Below are positions 9,411 through 18,578 of a DNA stretch of 64,000 nt, one piece after another. The DNA comes from Candidatus Gastranaerophilales bacterium (GTDB taxonomy: Bacteria > Cyanobacteriota > Vampirovibrionia > Gastranaerophilales > Gastranaerophilaceae). Within the stretch, counting starts at the first letter, position 1. Each line of letters opens with the position of its first letter. Location of the stretch: the NCBI GenBank assembly GCA_944324385.1, contig CALUWD010000010.1, positions 1,679-65,678 on the forward strand, in the 5' to 3' direction. Made by a program: the position numbers and the translations under genes. The notes under the pieces were generated by a model. It was given only the letters and a program-made list of their open reading frames with translations. It made no database searches and was not told where the DNA came from.

Positions 9411-9432
9411 ATGGGGTGCAAATGCACCCCAT
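9411..9432 (-). terminator. Stem-loop terminator downstream of the ferredoxin gene
   Basis: The near-perfect palindrome ATGGGGTGCAAATGCACCCCAT lies immediately 3' of the ferredoxin stop on the minus strand. It is followed by an A/T-rich tract. Confidence 0.55.
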
Positions 9433-9437
9433 ATAAC

Positions 9438-9647
9438 TTAAATATCTTCTACCCAAATAGCATTTACAGGACAAATTAGTGCCGCATCAATACAGTCTTG
9501 CTCATTGCCTTTAATTTTTGACTCATTTACATGTGCAACATTATCCACATGAAAAACTTCAGGATTAATGGCTTCACAAGCGCCACAAGCAGTACAACCG
9601 TCCATTATTGAAACTATCATTTTTATCTCCTTGTCACTCAATGTCAC
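9438..9647 (-). CDS. Small 4Fe-4S ferredoxin (69 aa)
   Basis: The cysteine pattern is CTACGACEAINP ... CIDAALICPVNAI. Confidence 0.85.
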   Translation of the reverse strand: MTLSDKEIKMIVSIMDGCTACGACEAINPEVFHVDNVAHVNESKIKGNEQDCIDAALICPVNAIWVEDI

Positions 9648-9681
9648 AAGTTATATTAAAATATAATTTACAACTATTGTA

Positions 9682-10011
9682 CTACCCAATTGGGTGTAAA
9701 TTCAACTTATTTAAATATCTTCTACACTGTTGAACACGATTATAACCAAGCAAAATACCCAGTATAAAATCCTTGTCAGCCGAAAGATTTGATAAATTTA
9801 CATCCAAAAAAGTTTTTACAACTTCAACGCACTCTTGATTGCCAAAAAATATATTTCGTTTATTTCCGATGTTTTGTAAAGTATATTCAAGTCCATTTTT
9901 TGTAATTTTATCAAGCAGTCTATCAACGCGCTCTTGTGATACAGTAATTAATGCAAGTGGCTTTGTACCTTTTTTAATTTCATAAATATACGTGTTTAAA
10001 ACATTATCCAT
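9682..10011 (-). CDS. Small conserved protein of unknown function (109 aa), possibly DUF2023-like
   Basis: It is a soluble alpha/beta-looking protein. The family assignment is from memory only and is unverified. It sits between the rSAM and ferredoxin genes on the same strand. Confidence 0.45.
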   Translation of the reverse strand: MDNVLNTYIYEIKKGTKPLALITVSQERVDRLLDKITKNGLEYTLQNIGNKRNIFFGNQECVEVVKTFLDVNLSNLSADKDFILGILLGYNRVQQCRRYLNKLNLHPIG

Positions 10012-10059
10012 AAAACTCTCCTTTTAAAAATAAGACTCAAAAGGAGGATTTTTGTTTCA

Positions 10060-11466
10060 CTATTTACGCAACAAGATAGTAAAACCAGCTTTGAAATAAT
10101 TCTTTAACTGCGCAAATGAACGTATGTTAAAAATCATTTTTAATATATATCTTGGACGTAAATAGTAACTTTTGACAAGTTTTTTGTGCAGCTCGAAAAC
10201 CTCATCTACACTTAAATTATGGGTCTTTACACTAGGATAATAATAAGGTCTGTCGTAATTTAGTTCACCCAAAGAATTATTCTCAACATAATCGTAAAAT
10301 CTAGTCCCAACCAACGCACAAGCTGTATAAAAGCTGACATATTCAGTATTTAAGGATTTTGCAAACTCAAGAGTTTCATTGATGGTTTCTTTTGTCTCCC
10401 ATGGTAAACCAACCACATAGTACGCATAAATCTGAATACCCGCCTTTTTAAAGGCATTTACCGTATTTCTTACCTGCGCAAGCGTGATTTTTTTACCCAT
10501 TTTATCAAGCATTTCTTGTGAACCACTCTCTATACCAATGGAAACAAGCCTGCAGCCCGCCTTTTTCATGAGTCTAATTGTTTCAATATCAGCACTGTCA
10601 GCCCTTGTATTTGTAGAAAAAGTTATTTTAAGCTTTGATTCAATGATTTTATTGCAAAGATCACGCGTCCAATCTTTATCTAAATTGAAAATATCAGACC
10701 AAAATATGAAATTTTTTATACCATACTTTTCAACACATTCTCTAATTTCGCCCACAATATTTTCTGGAGATCTTTTTCGAACAATCCTACCGTTTAGCGG
10801 TGTTGCAAGGCAGAAAAAACAATGATAAGGGCAACCGCGCGAAACCTTTATAACAGCTTGGGTTTTGCCATTATCAGGTCTTATATACAAGGAGTTATCA
10901 ATTAAATCACGCGCAGGATAAGGCAATTCATCAAGATTATCATTAAAGGGTCGAGGAGGATTTAATATAACCTCAACATCCTGACGATAGCAAATACCCT
11001 TTATTGACTGTAAATCATTGCCACCAAGCAAATCTGCAAAGGTTAACTCACATTCTGAACACATTGCAATGTCAATAAAATCATGTTCCGTCATTGTTTC
11101 TTTTGCAAGAAAAGAAAAATGAGCCCCCTTGGCAATTGTAATAATCTCATCTCCAAAAAGTTCTTTTGCAAGCCTTAGCGCACTTAAATCATTTTCTAAA
11201 GTTGGAGTTGCAACATTGACAACAATATAGCGCGGTTTAATCTCAAGTAAATCTTGCTCTAGTTTTTCTAAATTTTCGCCAAAAAAAGAATAATCACGAA
11301 CAATAGGTTCAAATCCTTTTTGGCGCGCAATCGAGGCTAAATACAGTAAATCAGTAGGTGGCAGTGGCGGAATAACTATTAAATCATCTGTCGGCTGCTG
11401 ACACCTGTCTTCCCTGTTCATCACAGGAGAGGGAGGGTATATTAAATAAACTTTATTATTTTTCAT
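10060..11466 (-). CDS. B12-binding-domain radical SAM protein (class B rSAM)
   Basis: The N-terminal region is a Rossmann-like cobalamin-binding region. The CX3CX2C cluster is SRGCPYHCFFC. The C-terminal part is a TIM-like rSAM core (IGIESGS). Confidence 0.9.
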   Translation of the reverse strand: MKNNKVYLIYPPSPVMNREDRCQQPTDDLIVIPPLPPTDLLYLASIARQKGFEPIVRDYSFFGENLEKLEQDLLEIKPRYIVVNVATPTLENDLSALRLAKELFGDEIITIAKGAHFSFLAKETMTEHDFIDIAMCSECELTFADLLGGNDLQSIKGICYRQDVEVILNPPRPFNDNLDELPYPARDLIDNSLYIRPDNGKTQAVIKVSRGCPYHCFFCLATPLNGRIVRKRSPENIVGEIRECVEKYGIKNFIFWSDIFNLDKDWTRDLCNKIIESKLKITFSTNTRADSADIETIRLMKKAGCRLVSIGIESGSQEMLDKMGKKITLAQVRNTVNAFKKAGIQIYAYYVVGLPWETKETINETLEFAKSLNTEYVSFYTACALVGTRFYDYVENNSLGELNYDRPYYYPSVKTHNLSVDEVFELHKKLVKSYYLRPRYILKMIFNIRSFAQLKNYFKAGFTILLRK

Positions 11467-12262
11467 TTGATTTTAACTTTAAACTCATCCTAACTATCTT
11501 ATTTACCAGAGATTCACTCAAATATTTTGACGCAAAAGCACAAATTTTAGCGTCTAATCCAACATTTACAACTGATTTTGGATTATTTTTAACAACTGAA
11601 TCAAAAACAGCTTTACCAACATAATAAGGCTCAAGCGCCTCTTGAGCGTTTTTCTGAGCATTATCAAGCATATAATGACCAATTTTTTCATACTTTTGCA
11701 TAAAATTCTTAAAATTACCTTGATTTTGCTCAATACTATCTGTCCAGAACTTTGTCTTAATTGCCCCAGGGCGAATTGAAACATACTTTATACCTGTTTC
11801 ATTTGAAAAAGCTCTTAACAGAACATCTGCCGCTGCTTTAGAAAGGCAATAAGGCGATAAAAAAGGATATACACCATAACTTGCCATAGAACTAATATTT
11901 ATTATTCTGCCATTTTCATCAAGTAATTGAGCAAATTTTTTAATAACTCTCAAAAGACCAAATAAATTAACGTCTAGCTGTCTTTTTAGTTCGCTCTCAT
12001 CTAAAAACTCTACAGGAGTAGCAACGACACAGCCTGCATTATTCACAATAGCACGAAATTTTAACGACGAAATTTTATTAAAAAGCTCATCAAAAGAATC
12101 ATTTGAACAAACATCAAGACTATATTTGTGAAGATTTTCATGTTCTAATTCAACAGTTGAGCGCGAGGTTAAATGCACATTAAAACCCGATTTTAAGAGC
12201 AATTTAACAGCCTCAAGGCCGATTTGAGAACTGCCCGCAATTACTAAAACATTCATATTCAT
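11456..12262 (-). CDS. Short-chain dehydrogenase/reductase (SDR) family oxidoreductase
   Basis: It carries an N-terminal dinucleotide-binding motif, VLVIAGSSQIGLE. NNAG is present, as is the catalytic YxxxK (YCLSKAA). The ATG at 12262 is preferred over the TTG at 12286. The gene overlaps the rSAM start by 11 nt. Confidence 0.85.
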   Translation of the reverse strand: MNMNVLVIAGSSQIGLEAVKLLLKSGFNVHLTSRSTVELEHENLHKYSLDVCSNDSFDELFNKISSLKFRAIVNNAGCVVATPVEFLDESELKRQLDVNLFGLLRVIKKFAQLLDENGRIINISSMASYGVYPFLSPYCLSKAAADVLLRAFSNETGIKYVSIRPGAIKTKFWTDSIEQNQGNFKNFMQKYEKIGHYMLDNAQKNAQEALEPYYVGKAVFDSVVKNNPKSVVNVGLDAKICAFASKYLSESLVNKIVRMSLKLKSNEK

Positions 12263-12345
12263 ACATTTTTTATAACACAAATGCAAGATTAACGCTATTG
12301 CTTAACAATTTTGACCAAATGGGTAATGTATGTTAAAAAAGTTAT

Positions 12346-13284
12346 ATGATAGAGAATCTGGATATTATAACAATAGGCGAAGGGTTGGTAGAGCTTTCAA
12401 GCAATACATCACTAAAATTCGCACAAATATTTGATAAATACTATGGCGGTGATTCTTTAGGAACTGCAATTGCAGCACTCAGATGTGGTTCAAGTGCAGG
12501 CTACATTACAAAAGTTGCAAATGATAATTTCTGCGAGTACCTGCTTGACGCTTGGGGCTCTGAAGGACTTGATATCTCGCAAGTTAAGCTTAGTCAAGGG
12601 CAAAATGGGCTTTATTTTGTTGGAAAAAAAGAAAATAAAAGCGAATTTGTTTTTTACAGAAAAAAAACTGCCGCAAAAAATCTGTGTATTGATGATATAA
12701 ATTTTGACTACATAAAAAATGCAAAATGCGTTTATGCAACAGGCTTTGTTCAGTCGCTTTCACTTAGCGTAAGAGAAGTTGTAAGAGAGATTTTTAAATT
12801 TGCAAAAGATAATGACATTTTAGTAGCCTATGACCCCAACTTTTCGCCAAAAGTCAGCTCTCAAGAAGAAGCAAAAAGTTATTTTGAAGAAGTAAGCGAG
12901 TATATTGATGTGATTTTTTTAAACACGAAATCAGACTCTGAGGCTCTTTTTAATACGCAAAGCATAGACAAAATTCAAAAAATAATTGCAGATAACGCAA
13001 TAAGCATTAATGTTGTAAGGGAACACAAAAAAGGTATACATGTTGTAAACACTGCAAATTACAATTTTATAGAATACAAAAATGTTAATATTATTGATTC
13101 AACAGGTTGGGAGTCTGCCTTTAACGGCGCATTTTTAAATTACTTTTTAAAAGGCTATGACACAAAAAAATGTGCACAGTACGCAAATGCGCTTTCAATA
13201 TTGCAAATAAAAGATGTTGGAGCAATAAAATCAATACCTACAAAAATAGAGACGGAGAAGTTATTTAACGAAATTTATGGCTAA
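12346..13284 (+). CDS. PfkB-family carbohydrate kinase (KdgK-like) with an atypical active-site motif
   Basis: The N-terminal GG motif is YGGDSLGTAIA. The C-terminal motif reads DSTGWESAF instead of the canonical DTxGAGDxF. Confidence 0.75.
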   Translation: MIENLDIITIGEGLVELSSNTSLKFAQIFDKYYGGDSLGTAIAALRCGSSAGYITKVANDNFCEYLLDAWGSEGLDISQVKLSQGQNGLYFVGKKENKSEFVFYRKKTAAKNLCIDDINFDYIKNAKCVYATGFVQSLSLSVREVVREIFKFAKDNDILVAYDPNFSPKVSSQEEAKSYFEEVSEYIDVIFLNTKSDSEALFNTQSIDKIQKIIADNAISINVVREHKKGIHVVNTANYNFIEYKNVNIIDSTGWESAFNGAFLNYFLKGYDTKKCAQYANALSILQIKDVGAIKSIPTKIETEKLFNEIYG

Positions 13285-14287
13285 GAAAGTACTTATATCG
13301 GGATACATAGGATTTTCAAACTTTGGTGATGATGTTATTTTTGCAATGCTAACACGACACCTAAAAGCTAAAGGCTATCAAGTTAGCGCGCTTTCCTCGA
13401 ATCCTACAAAAACAAAACAACAATTTAAAGTCAACACAGCTCATTATAAAAATCCATTTGAAATAATAAAAGAGATAGCAAAGTGTGACTACCTAATAAG
13501 TGGCGGAGGCAGCCTACTACAAAATGCAACAAGCAATGCAAGTCTTTTGTATTACATTTTGATAATACTCTTTGCAAAACTAATGTTTAAAAAAGTAATA
13601 ATATTTGCACAAGGTATTGGCCCTATTAATGGCGATTTTTGGAGAGGATTAACGAGATTTACTCTATCTTTATGTAATTTTATAACAGTAAGAGATTCTC
13701 AAAGTTACAAACAGCTTGGCAAATGGAAAATTAAAGCGAGGCTTGTTGAAGATCCTGCTTGGGATATTCCAATTTTACCAAGAGAGTCTCGTGGATATGT
13801 TGGAGTGCAACTGAGGGACTACTCAAAAATGCACCCCGATTTCATTAAATTGCTTGTAAAATATATTGGACTATATTTTTCAGACAGAAGGATTATTATA
13901 TTTTCTTTTCAAACACCACAAGACTTGAAAATATGCTACCAATTTGAAAAAGAACTGAAATTTCAATGGCCGCATATGAAATATGAAATAAGAAGCGAAA
14001 ACTCCATAAAATCAATAGTTACAGGATTTTCAAACCTAGAATACCTTTTTGCAATGCGTTTTCACGCTTGCCTTTTAGGCTTGAAATATGGTATAAAGGT
14101 TTTTGCGCTACCTTATGATATTAAAGTAGAGCATTTAGCAAGAGAATTTAGCTTGCAAAGCATAAATGTCAGCGAAAAACCGGAAAACTATAATCCTAAA
14201 TTTTCTGATTTTATGCAATATGACAATCAGGAAAAGCCTGATATGCATTTTAACTGGAGTGTAATTGATAGCTACATGTCTAAATAA
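13277..14287 (+). CDS. csaB: Polysaccharide pyruvyl transferase CsaB-like
   Basis: The N-terminal GYIGFSNFGDD and the GGGSLLQN motif are typical of CsaB/PS_pyruv_trans. The gene overlaps the PfkB gene by 8 nt. Confidence 0.8.
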   Translation: MAKKVLISGYIGFSNFGDDVIFAMLTRHLKAKGYQVSALSSNPTKTKQQFKVNTAHYKNPFEIIKEIAKCDYLISGGGSLLQNATSNASLLYYILIILFAKLMFKKVIIFAQGIGPINGDFWRGLTRFTLSLCNFITVRDSQSYKQLGKWKIKARLVEDPAWDIPILPRESRGYVGVQLRDYSKMHPDFIKLLVKYIGLYFSDRRIIIFSFQTPQDLKICYQFEKELKFQWPHMKYEIRSENSIKSIVTGFSNLEYLFAMRFHACLLGLKYGIKVFALPYDIKVEHLAREFSLQSINVSEKPENYNPKFSDFMQYDNQEKPDMHFNWSVIDSYMSK

Positions 14288-14302
14288 CGACGAAAGGTAA
14301 TT

Positions 14303-15532
14303 ATGCTAATACCAAGTATAGATTTAATGGATTCAAAAGCAGTACAGTTAAAGCAAGGCAAAGAAAAAGTTCTTGAGCGTGAAGATGTTTTAGAACTTGC
14401 AAAATATTACGCAAGATTTGGAGAAATAGCTGTCATAGACCTTGATGCTGCAATGAATACAGGCAAGAATAATGAAGAATTAATTGCAAAAATATGTAAA
14501 ATTGCCCCCTGTAGAGTTGGCGGCGGAATTCGCGATAAGGCAAAAGCAAAGAAAATGCTTGCCCTTGGTGCAAAAAAAATCATAATAGGTACTGCAGCAA
14601 ATGAAGAATTTTTATCACAACTGCCAAAAGACAAGGTGATTGTAGCAATTGACTCTAAATTTGGCAACATAACCCTTGAAGGCTGGCAAAAAGACACGCA
14701 AATAAAAACGCAAGAATATGTTAAACGTTTTGAAGACTTATGCAGCGGCTTTTTGTACACTGTAGTTGAAAAAGAAGGAATGCTCTCAGGCACAAATATT
14801 GAAGCATTTAAGGCAATTAGAAACATTACAAAAAAACCGATTGTCGCAGCGGGCGGCATTACAACAATTGATGAAATAAAAGAACTTGAAAAAATGAATA
14901 TTTCATCTCAACTTGGTATGTCAATTTACACAGGCAAAATTGACTTGGTTGATGCCTTTGAAGCTCTTGTTGATTTTGAAAAATGCAACAACCTTGTACC
15001 AACTATTGTGCAAGACATTAAAACAAAACAGGTTTTAATGTTGGCTTATTCAAACAAAGAATCCCTAAGAAAATCGCTCAAAGAAGGACGTGCAACATAT
15101 TTTAGTCGCTCCAGAAATGAATTGTGGACTAAAGGCGAAACCAGCGGAAATACTCAGGAACTTATAGCTGCAAGGTTTGACTGTGACGCTGACACAATAC
15201 TTTTTAAAGTCAATCAAAAAGGTAACGCCTGCCATCTGGACAGGTTCAGCTGTTTTGAAGACAGGGACTTTTGCATTAACGAATTATATGATTTGATTTT
15301 GGACAGAAAAGAAAAATTGCCTGAAAAGTCTTACACCACAAAGCTTTTCAAAGATGAGTTTTATCTTAAAAGAAAAATAATGGAAGAAGCTTTTGAAAGT
15401 GTAAATTTCGAGCAAGGTGACGGGCTGAGCTGGGAATCAGCGGATTTAATGTATCATTTACTTGTTTTTATGGCAATGCATAACATAACTTTTGATGATT
15501 TAATAAATAACCTTTCATCAAGGACAAAATAA
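14303..15532 (+). CDS. Triple fusion of HisA-like ProFAR isomerase, PR-AMP cyclohydrolase (HisI) and PR-ATP pyrophosphatase (HisE)
   Basis: Residues 1-225 carry HisA/HisF TIM-barrel motifs (LIPSIDL, VGGGIR, VAIDS, AAGGI). Residues ~230-320 are HisI (WTKGETSGN...FDCDADTILFKV). Residues ~325-409 are HisE (SYTTKLF...EEAFE...ADLMYHLLV). Confidence 0.85.
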   Translation: MLIPSIDLMDSKAVQLKQGKEKVLEREDVLELAKYYARFGEIAVIDLDAAMNTGKNNEELIAKICKIAPCRVGGGIRDKAKAKKMLALGAKKIIIGTAANEEFLSQLPKDKVIVAIDSKFGNITLEGWQKDTQIKTQEYVKRFEDLCSGFLYTVVEKEGMLSGTNIEAFKAIRNITKKPIVAAGGITTIDEIKELEKMNISSQLGMSIYTGKIDLVDAFEALVDFEKCNNLVPTIVQDIKTKQVLMLAYSNKESLRKSLKEGRATYFSRSRNELWTKGETSGNTQELIAARFDCDADTILFKVNQKGNACHLDRFSCFEDRDFCINELYDLILDRKEKLPEKSYTTKLFKDEFYLKRKIMEEAFESVNFEQGDGLSWESADLMYHLLVFMAMHNITFDDLINNLSSRTK

Positions 15533-16800
15533 TGAAAATTATAAAATCGCAAGAACTTAATAAAGACAATGATTTTTACCGCACAACAACTCTGGAGAAC
15601 CTCAAAAGTGCTGTTGAAATCATAGAAGATATAAAAAACAACGGTGATGATGCAATAATCAAATATTGCAAACAATTTGGCGATGGTGACTTTACAAATG
15701 CTAACGATTTTTTAGTAAGCGATAAAGAAATTGATGAAGCATTTAATTTAACATCTGAAAAGACAGTATCTACGTTGAAAAAATGCATTGAAAACGTTAA
15801 AAACTTTGCACAAGAACAGCTAAAATGCATAAAAAATTTAGATTTAAATATCAACGGCTCGCACCTTGGGCATAGAATAATCCCCATTGAAAAAGTGTTA
15901 TGCTACGTGCCAGGAGGAAACTACCCGCTGCCATCATCCGCTATTATGACAACAATACCGGCTAAAGTTGCAGGAGTAAAAGAAATTTGTCTGACTTCAC
16001 CAAGAATTAAACCGCAGACGATTGTTGCAGCAAAGTTATCAGGGGCGGATAAAATATATAAATTAGGCGGAGTTCAAGCAATAAGCGCCTTTGCATACGG
16101 AACAAAGTCAATTAATTCGGTAGATAAAATTGTAGGCCCCGGAAATAAATACGTTACTTTTGCAAAAAAATATGTATATGGCAAATGCTCGATTGACTTT
16201 TTAGCAGGGCCATCAGAGGTACTTGTCATAGCTGATGATAATCAAGACCCAAAACTTGTAAGTGCTGATATTTTGGCACAGTGCGAACATGACAGAGATG
16301 CTCGCGGATACTTAATTTGCTTTAGTGAAGATTTTGCACAAAAAGTTATAGACTCAGCAAAAAAACAATTGGAAACACTTGAAACTAAAGACATAGCGCA
16401 AATTTCATTTGAAAAATCCGTTGCAATAGTTGTTAAAAACTTTGAAGAAGCCATTAAAATATCAAACATTAGAGCGCCTGAGCATTTAGAGTTGATGTTT
16501 GATGGCGCAGATAAAATTACAGACAAATTTACAAACTACGGCTCACTTTTCATAGGCAGCAATTGCGCCGAAGTTTTTGGGGACTATTGTTCAGGAACAA
16601 ATCACGTACTGCCCACAAACTCTGCAGCACGATACACGGGCGGATTAAGCGTGTTTGACTTTATTAAAATTCAAACATATCAAATGATTAGCAAAAATTA
16701 TTCTCAAGAACTTTCAGCACTGGCATCGGAACTGGCAGCGCAAGAAGGACTTATGGGGCATAAACTGGCAAGCGATTTAAGAGGTAATAATGCGATTTGA
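15532..16800 (+). CDS. hisD: Histidinol dehydrogenase
   Basis: The length and HisD motifs fit (GGVQAISAFAYGT, AGPSEVLVIAD, AQCEHD, GDYCSGTNHVLPT). The start shares a TAATG overlap with the upstream fusion gene. Confidence 0.92.
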   Translation: MKIIKSQELNKDNDFYRTTTLENLKSAVEIIEDIKNNGDDAIIKYCKQFGDGDFTNANDFLVSDKEIDEAFNLTSEKTVSTLKKCIENVKNFAQEQLKCIKNLDLNINGSHLGHRIIPIEKVLCYVPGGNYPLPSSAIMTTIPAKVAGVKEICLTSPRIKPQTIVAAKLSGADKIYKLGGVQAISAFAYGTKSINSVDKIVGPGNKYVTFAKKYVYGKCSIDFLAGPSEVLVIADDNQDPKLVSADILAQCEHDRDARGYLICFSEDFAQKVIDSAKKQLETLETKDIAQISFEKSVAIVVKNFEEAIKISNIRAPEHLELMFDGADKITDKFTNYGSLFIGSNCAEVFGDYCSGTNHVLPTNSAARYTGGLSVFDFIKIQTYQMISKNYSQELSALASELAAQEGLMGHKLASDLRGNNAI

Positions 16801-17458
16801 ATATAAAAAAAGTGAACAAAGGCAAATAAGAGTACTTGGAACACTTGTTACATTTCTTTTTTGGTTAAAACATTTTACATACTGGTGCAAAAATATAAAT
16901 TACCCAAAACAGCAGTGCCTGTTTGCACTTTGGCATGCACACCAGTGTGCGCTTTATTCTATAAAAGACAGGGAAAAAACAAACGTAATGATTAGCCGCT
17001 CTAAAGACGGCGAAATAATTGCCAGAGCAACGGAAGCAATGGGAATAAAAACCGTAAGGGGTTCAATTACAAGAGGTGGCGCAAGCGCAACAAAAGAACT
17101 TATAGACAGAATTAAAAAAGGTGAGTTTGGCGCAATAACAGTCGACGGCCCAAAAGGTCCAAAAAGAGTTGTAAAAAAAGGTATCGTAGAAATTGCCAAA
17201 ATTACAGGCATTCCAATAGTGCCTATGAGCTGGTATTGCCCGTCAATTGGTTTTTTAAAGTTCAAAACTTGGGATGAATTTCGCTTTCCGCTGTTTGGCA
17301 AATTATTAATTTCTTACTACGGCGAACCGATTTTTGTGAAGCCTGACGCGGACGATGAAGAAATCGAAAGAATTAGAAAGCAAGTTGAAGACGCGCTGAA
17401 TTCTCAGTACGAGATACTTAAGAAGGACTTTAAAAAGTTTGAAAAGCTTAAGCAGTAA
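16790..17458 (+). CDS. DUF374-family protein (lysophospholipid-acyltransferase-like, COG2121)
   Basis: The motif is SRSKDGEIIARATEAMGIKTVRGSITRGGASA...ITVDGPKGP. The gene overlaps hisD by 11 nt. Confidence 0.75.
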   Translation: MRFEYKKSEQRQIRVLGTLVTFLFWLKHFTYWCKNINYPKQQCLFALWHAHQCALYSIKDREKTNVMISRSKDGEIIARATEAMGIKTVRGSITRGGASATKELIDRIKKGEFGAITVDGPKGPKRVVKKGIVEIAKITGIPIVPMSWYCPSIGFLKFKTWDEFRFPLFGKLLISYYGEPIFVKPDADDEEIERIRKQVEDALNSQYEILKKDFKKFEKLKQ

Positions 17459-18578
17459 GCTTCTTGATAAAATCAGGCAATTTGTAAGCTTCAGTAGTAC
17501 CTACAACAATTTCCCAATCGGGTAATGCCTGTTGTAGCTCATCCTTTAAATCCGATAAAAGCCCCGGGATAATAATCCTTTTTACCTTAACTTTATTTAA
17601 AATTTCATTTGCATTTACAACTTTTGACGCAATATCAGCCGTAATTTTTTGCGCCGACCATGCAGTTAAAACACTCATGCCCTCACTTGGGGTAATTACC
17701 AGATAAGAGCCGCATTTAAGTGTTGACAATTCATTTGCAACAGCAAAATAACTCAGCGCAAAATTTGTAGTTAAGAACACTAGCGCATTTTCATCAGGAT
17801 TATTAAATTCATAGACTTTAGACTCAACTTGCAATGGTTTTTGGGGATCGGTAAAAATATTCATTCTAAGAGTCATTAAACTTGCAAATAAAGCCTCGTC
17901 AAACTCCTCAAAAATCAACATATTAGCATACTTACAAACCAGAGCTGACGCTATTAAGCAAATAGATAAAAAATCATGACCCGCTAATCTGACACAAGTG
18001 GGATCAGAGAATTTTTCATCTCTATCAATAATTGCTGCTTTTCTAATTTTCGTTAATTCGTCGATAGTCTGAGTTAATGATTTATAGTCAACATTGCGCA
18101 TTTTTGATAAAAAATTATCATCAATAATCTCTATACCTAGTTGTTTTATTTTTTCAACATCTCCTTCAAGCGGATTTTTAAAGTACACCGCGTCAATGCG
18201 GTATTTTTCACCAATGCACTCGATTTCAAAATTTAAAATTCGCTTTAGCTTATCTTTATAATCGGCATTTTTTGAATCAAGTTCAACCACAAGAACTGTA
18301 GGACTTATAAACGTTTTTTCATGTCTGTACAAAACGGTTTCGCCGCCGATTTTTAAATTGCCCAATGTCAGGGTTTTTTGCTGAATTTTACTGTTATGCT
18401 CTAATTTTTCAGCTAATTCAGGAGGCAAAAAAGGGCATTTTGATGGCTCAGCCTGACCTTTTGAAAGTTTCATTGCAAACATCATACAAGTTGCACAACC
18501 GCATTTTTTGCAATTTGCGTTTGCTTCTCGCTTACCTGCTGGCAAAAATTTAAATATATCCATTGCGCCTAATGACAT
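17448..18578 (-). CDS. Corrinoid iron-sulfur protein large-subunit-like protein (AcsC/CdhE family, shortened)
   Basis: The N-terminal FeS motif is CKKCGCATC-X16-CP. The C-terminal half is collinear with my recollection of Moorella AcsC (FTDPQKPLQVESK, TTNFALSYFAV, SVLTAW, IIIPG, WEIVVG). The start at M5 (MSLGAMDIFKFLP) is preferred. Confidence 0.8.
   Translation of the reverse strand: MSLGAMDIFKFLPAGKREANANCKKCGCATCMMFAMKLSKGQAEPSKCPFLPPELAEKLEHNSKIQQKTLTLGNLKIGGETVLYRHEKTFISPTVLVVELDSKNADYKDKLKRILNFEIECIGEKYRIDAVYFKNPLEGDVEKIKQLGIEIIDDNFLSKMRNVDYKSLTQTIDELTKIRKAAIIDRDEKFSDPTCVRLAGHDFLSICLIASALVCKYANMLIFEEFDEALFASLMTLRMNIFTDPQKPLQVESKVYEFNNPDENALVFLTTNFALSYFAVANELSTLKCGSYLVITPSEGMSVLTAWSAQKITADIASKVVNANEILNKVKVKRIIIPGLLSDLKDELQQALPDWEIVVGTTEAYKLPDFIKKLTA

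Noticed and set aside
9403-9475. A 22-codon ORF (MGCKCTPYNLN…) starting inside the palindrome downstream of the ferredoxin gene.
   Set aside because: The AAGGAG lies about 21 nt upstream, which is too far. The ORF runs antisense into the ferredoxin gene. The palindrome is better explained as a terminator.
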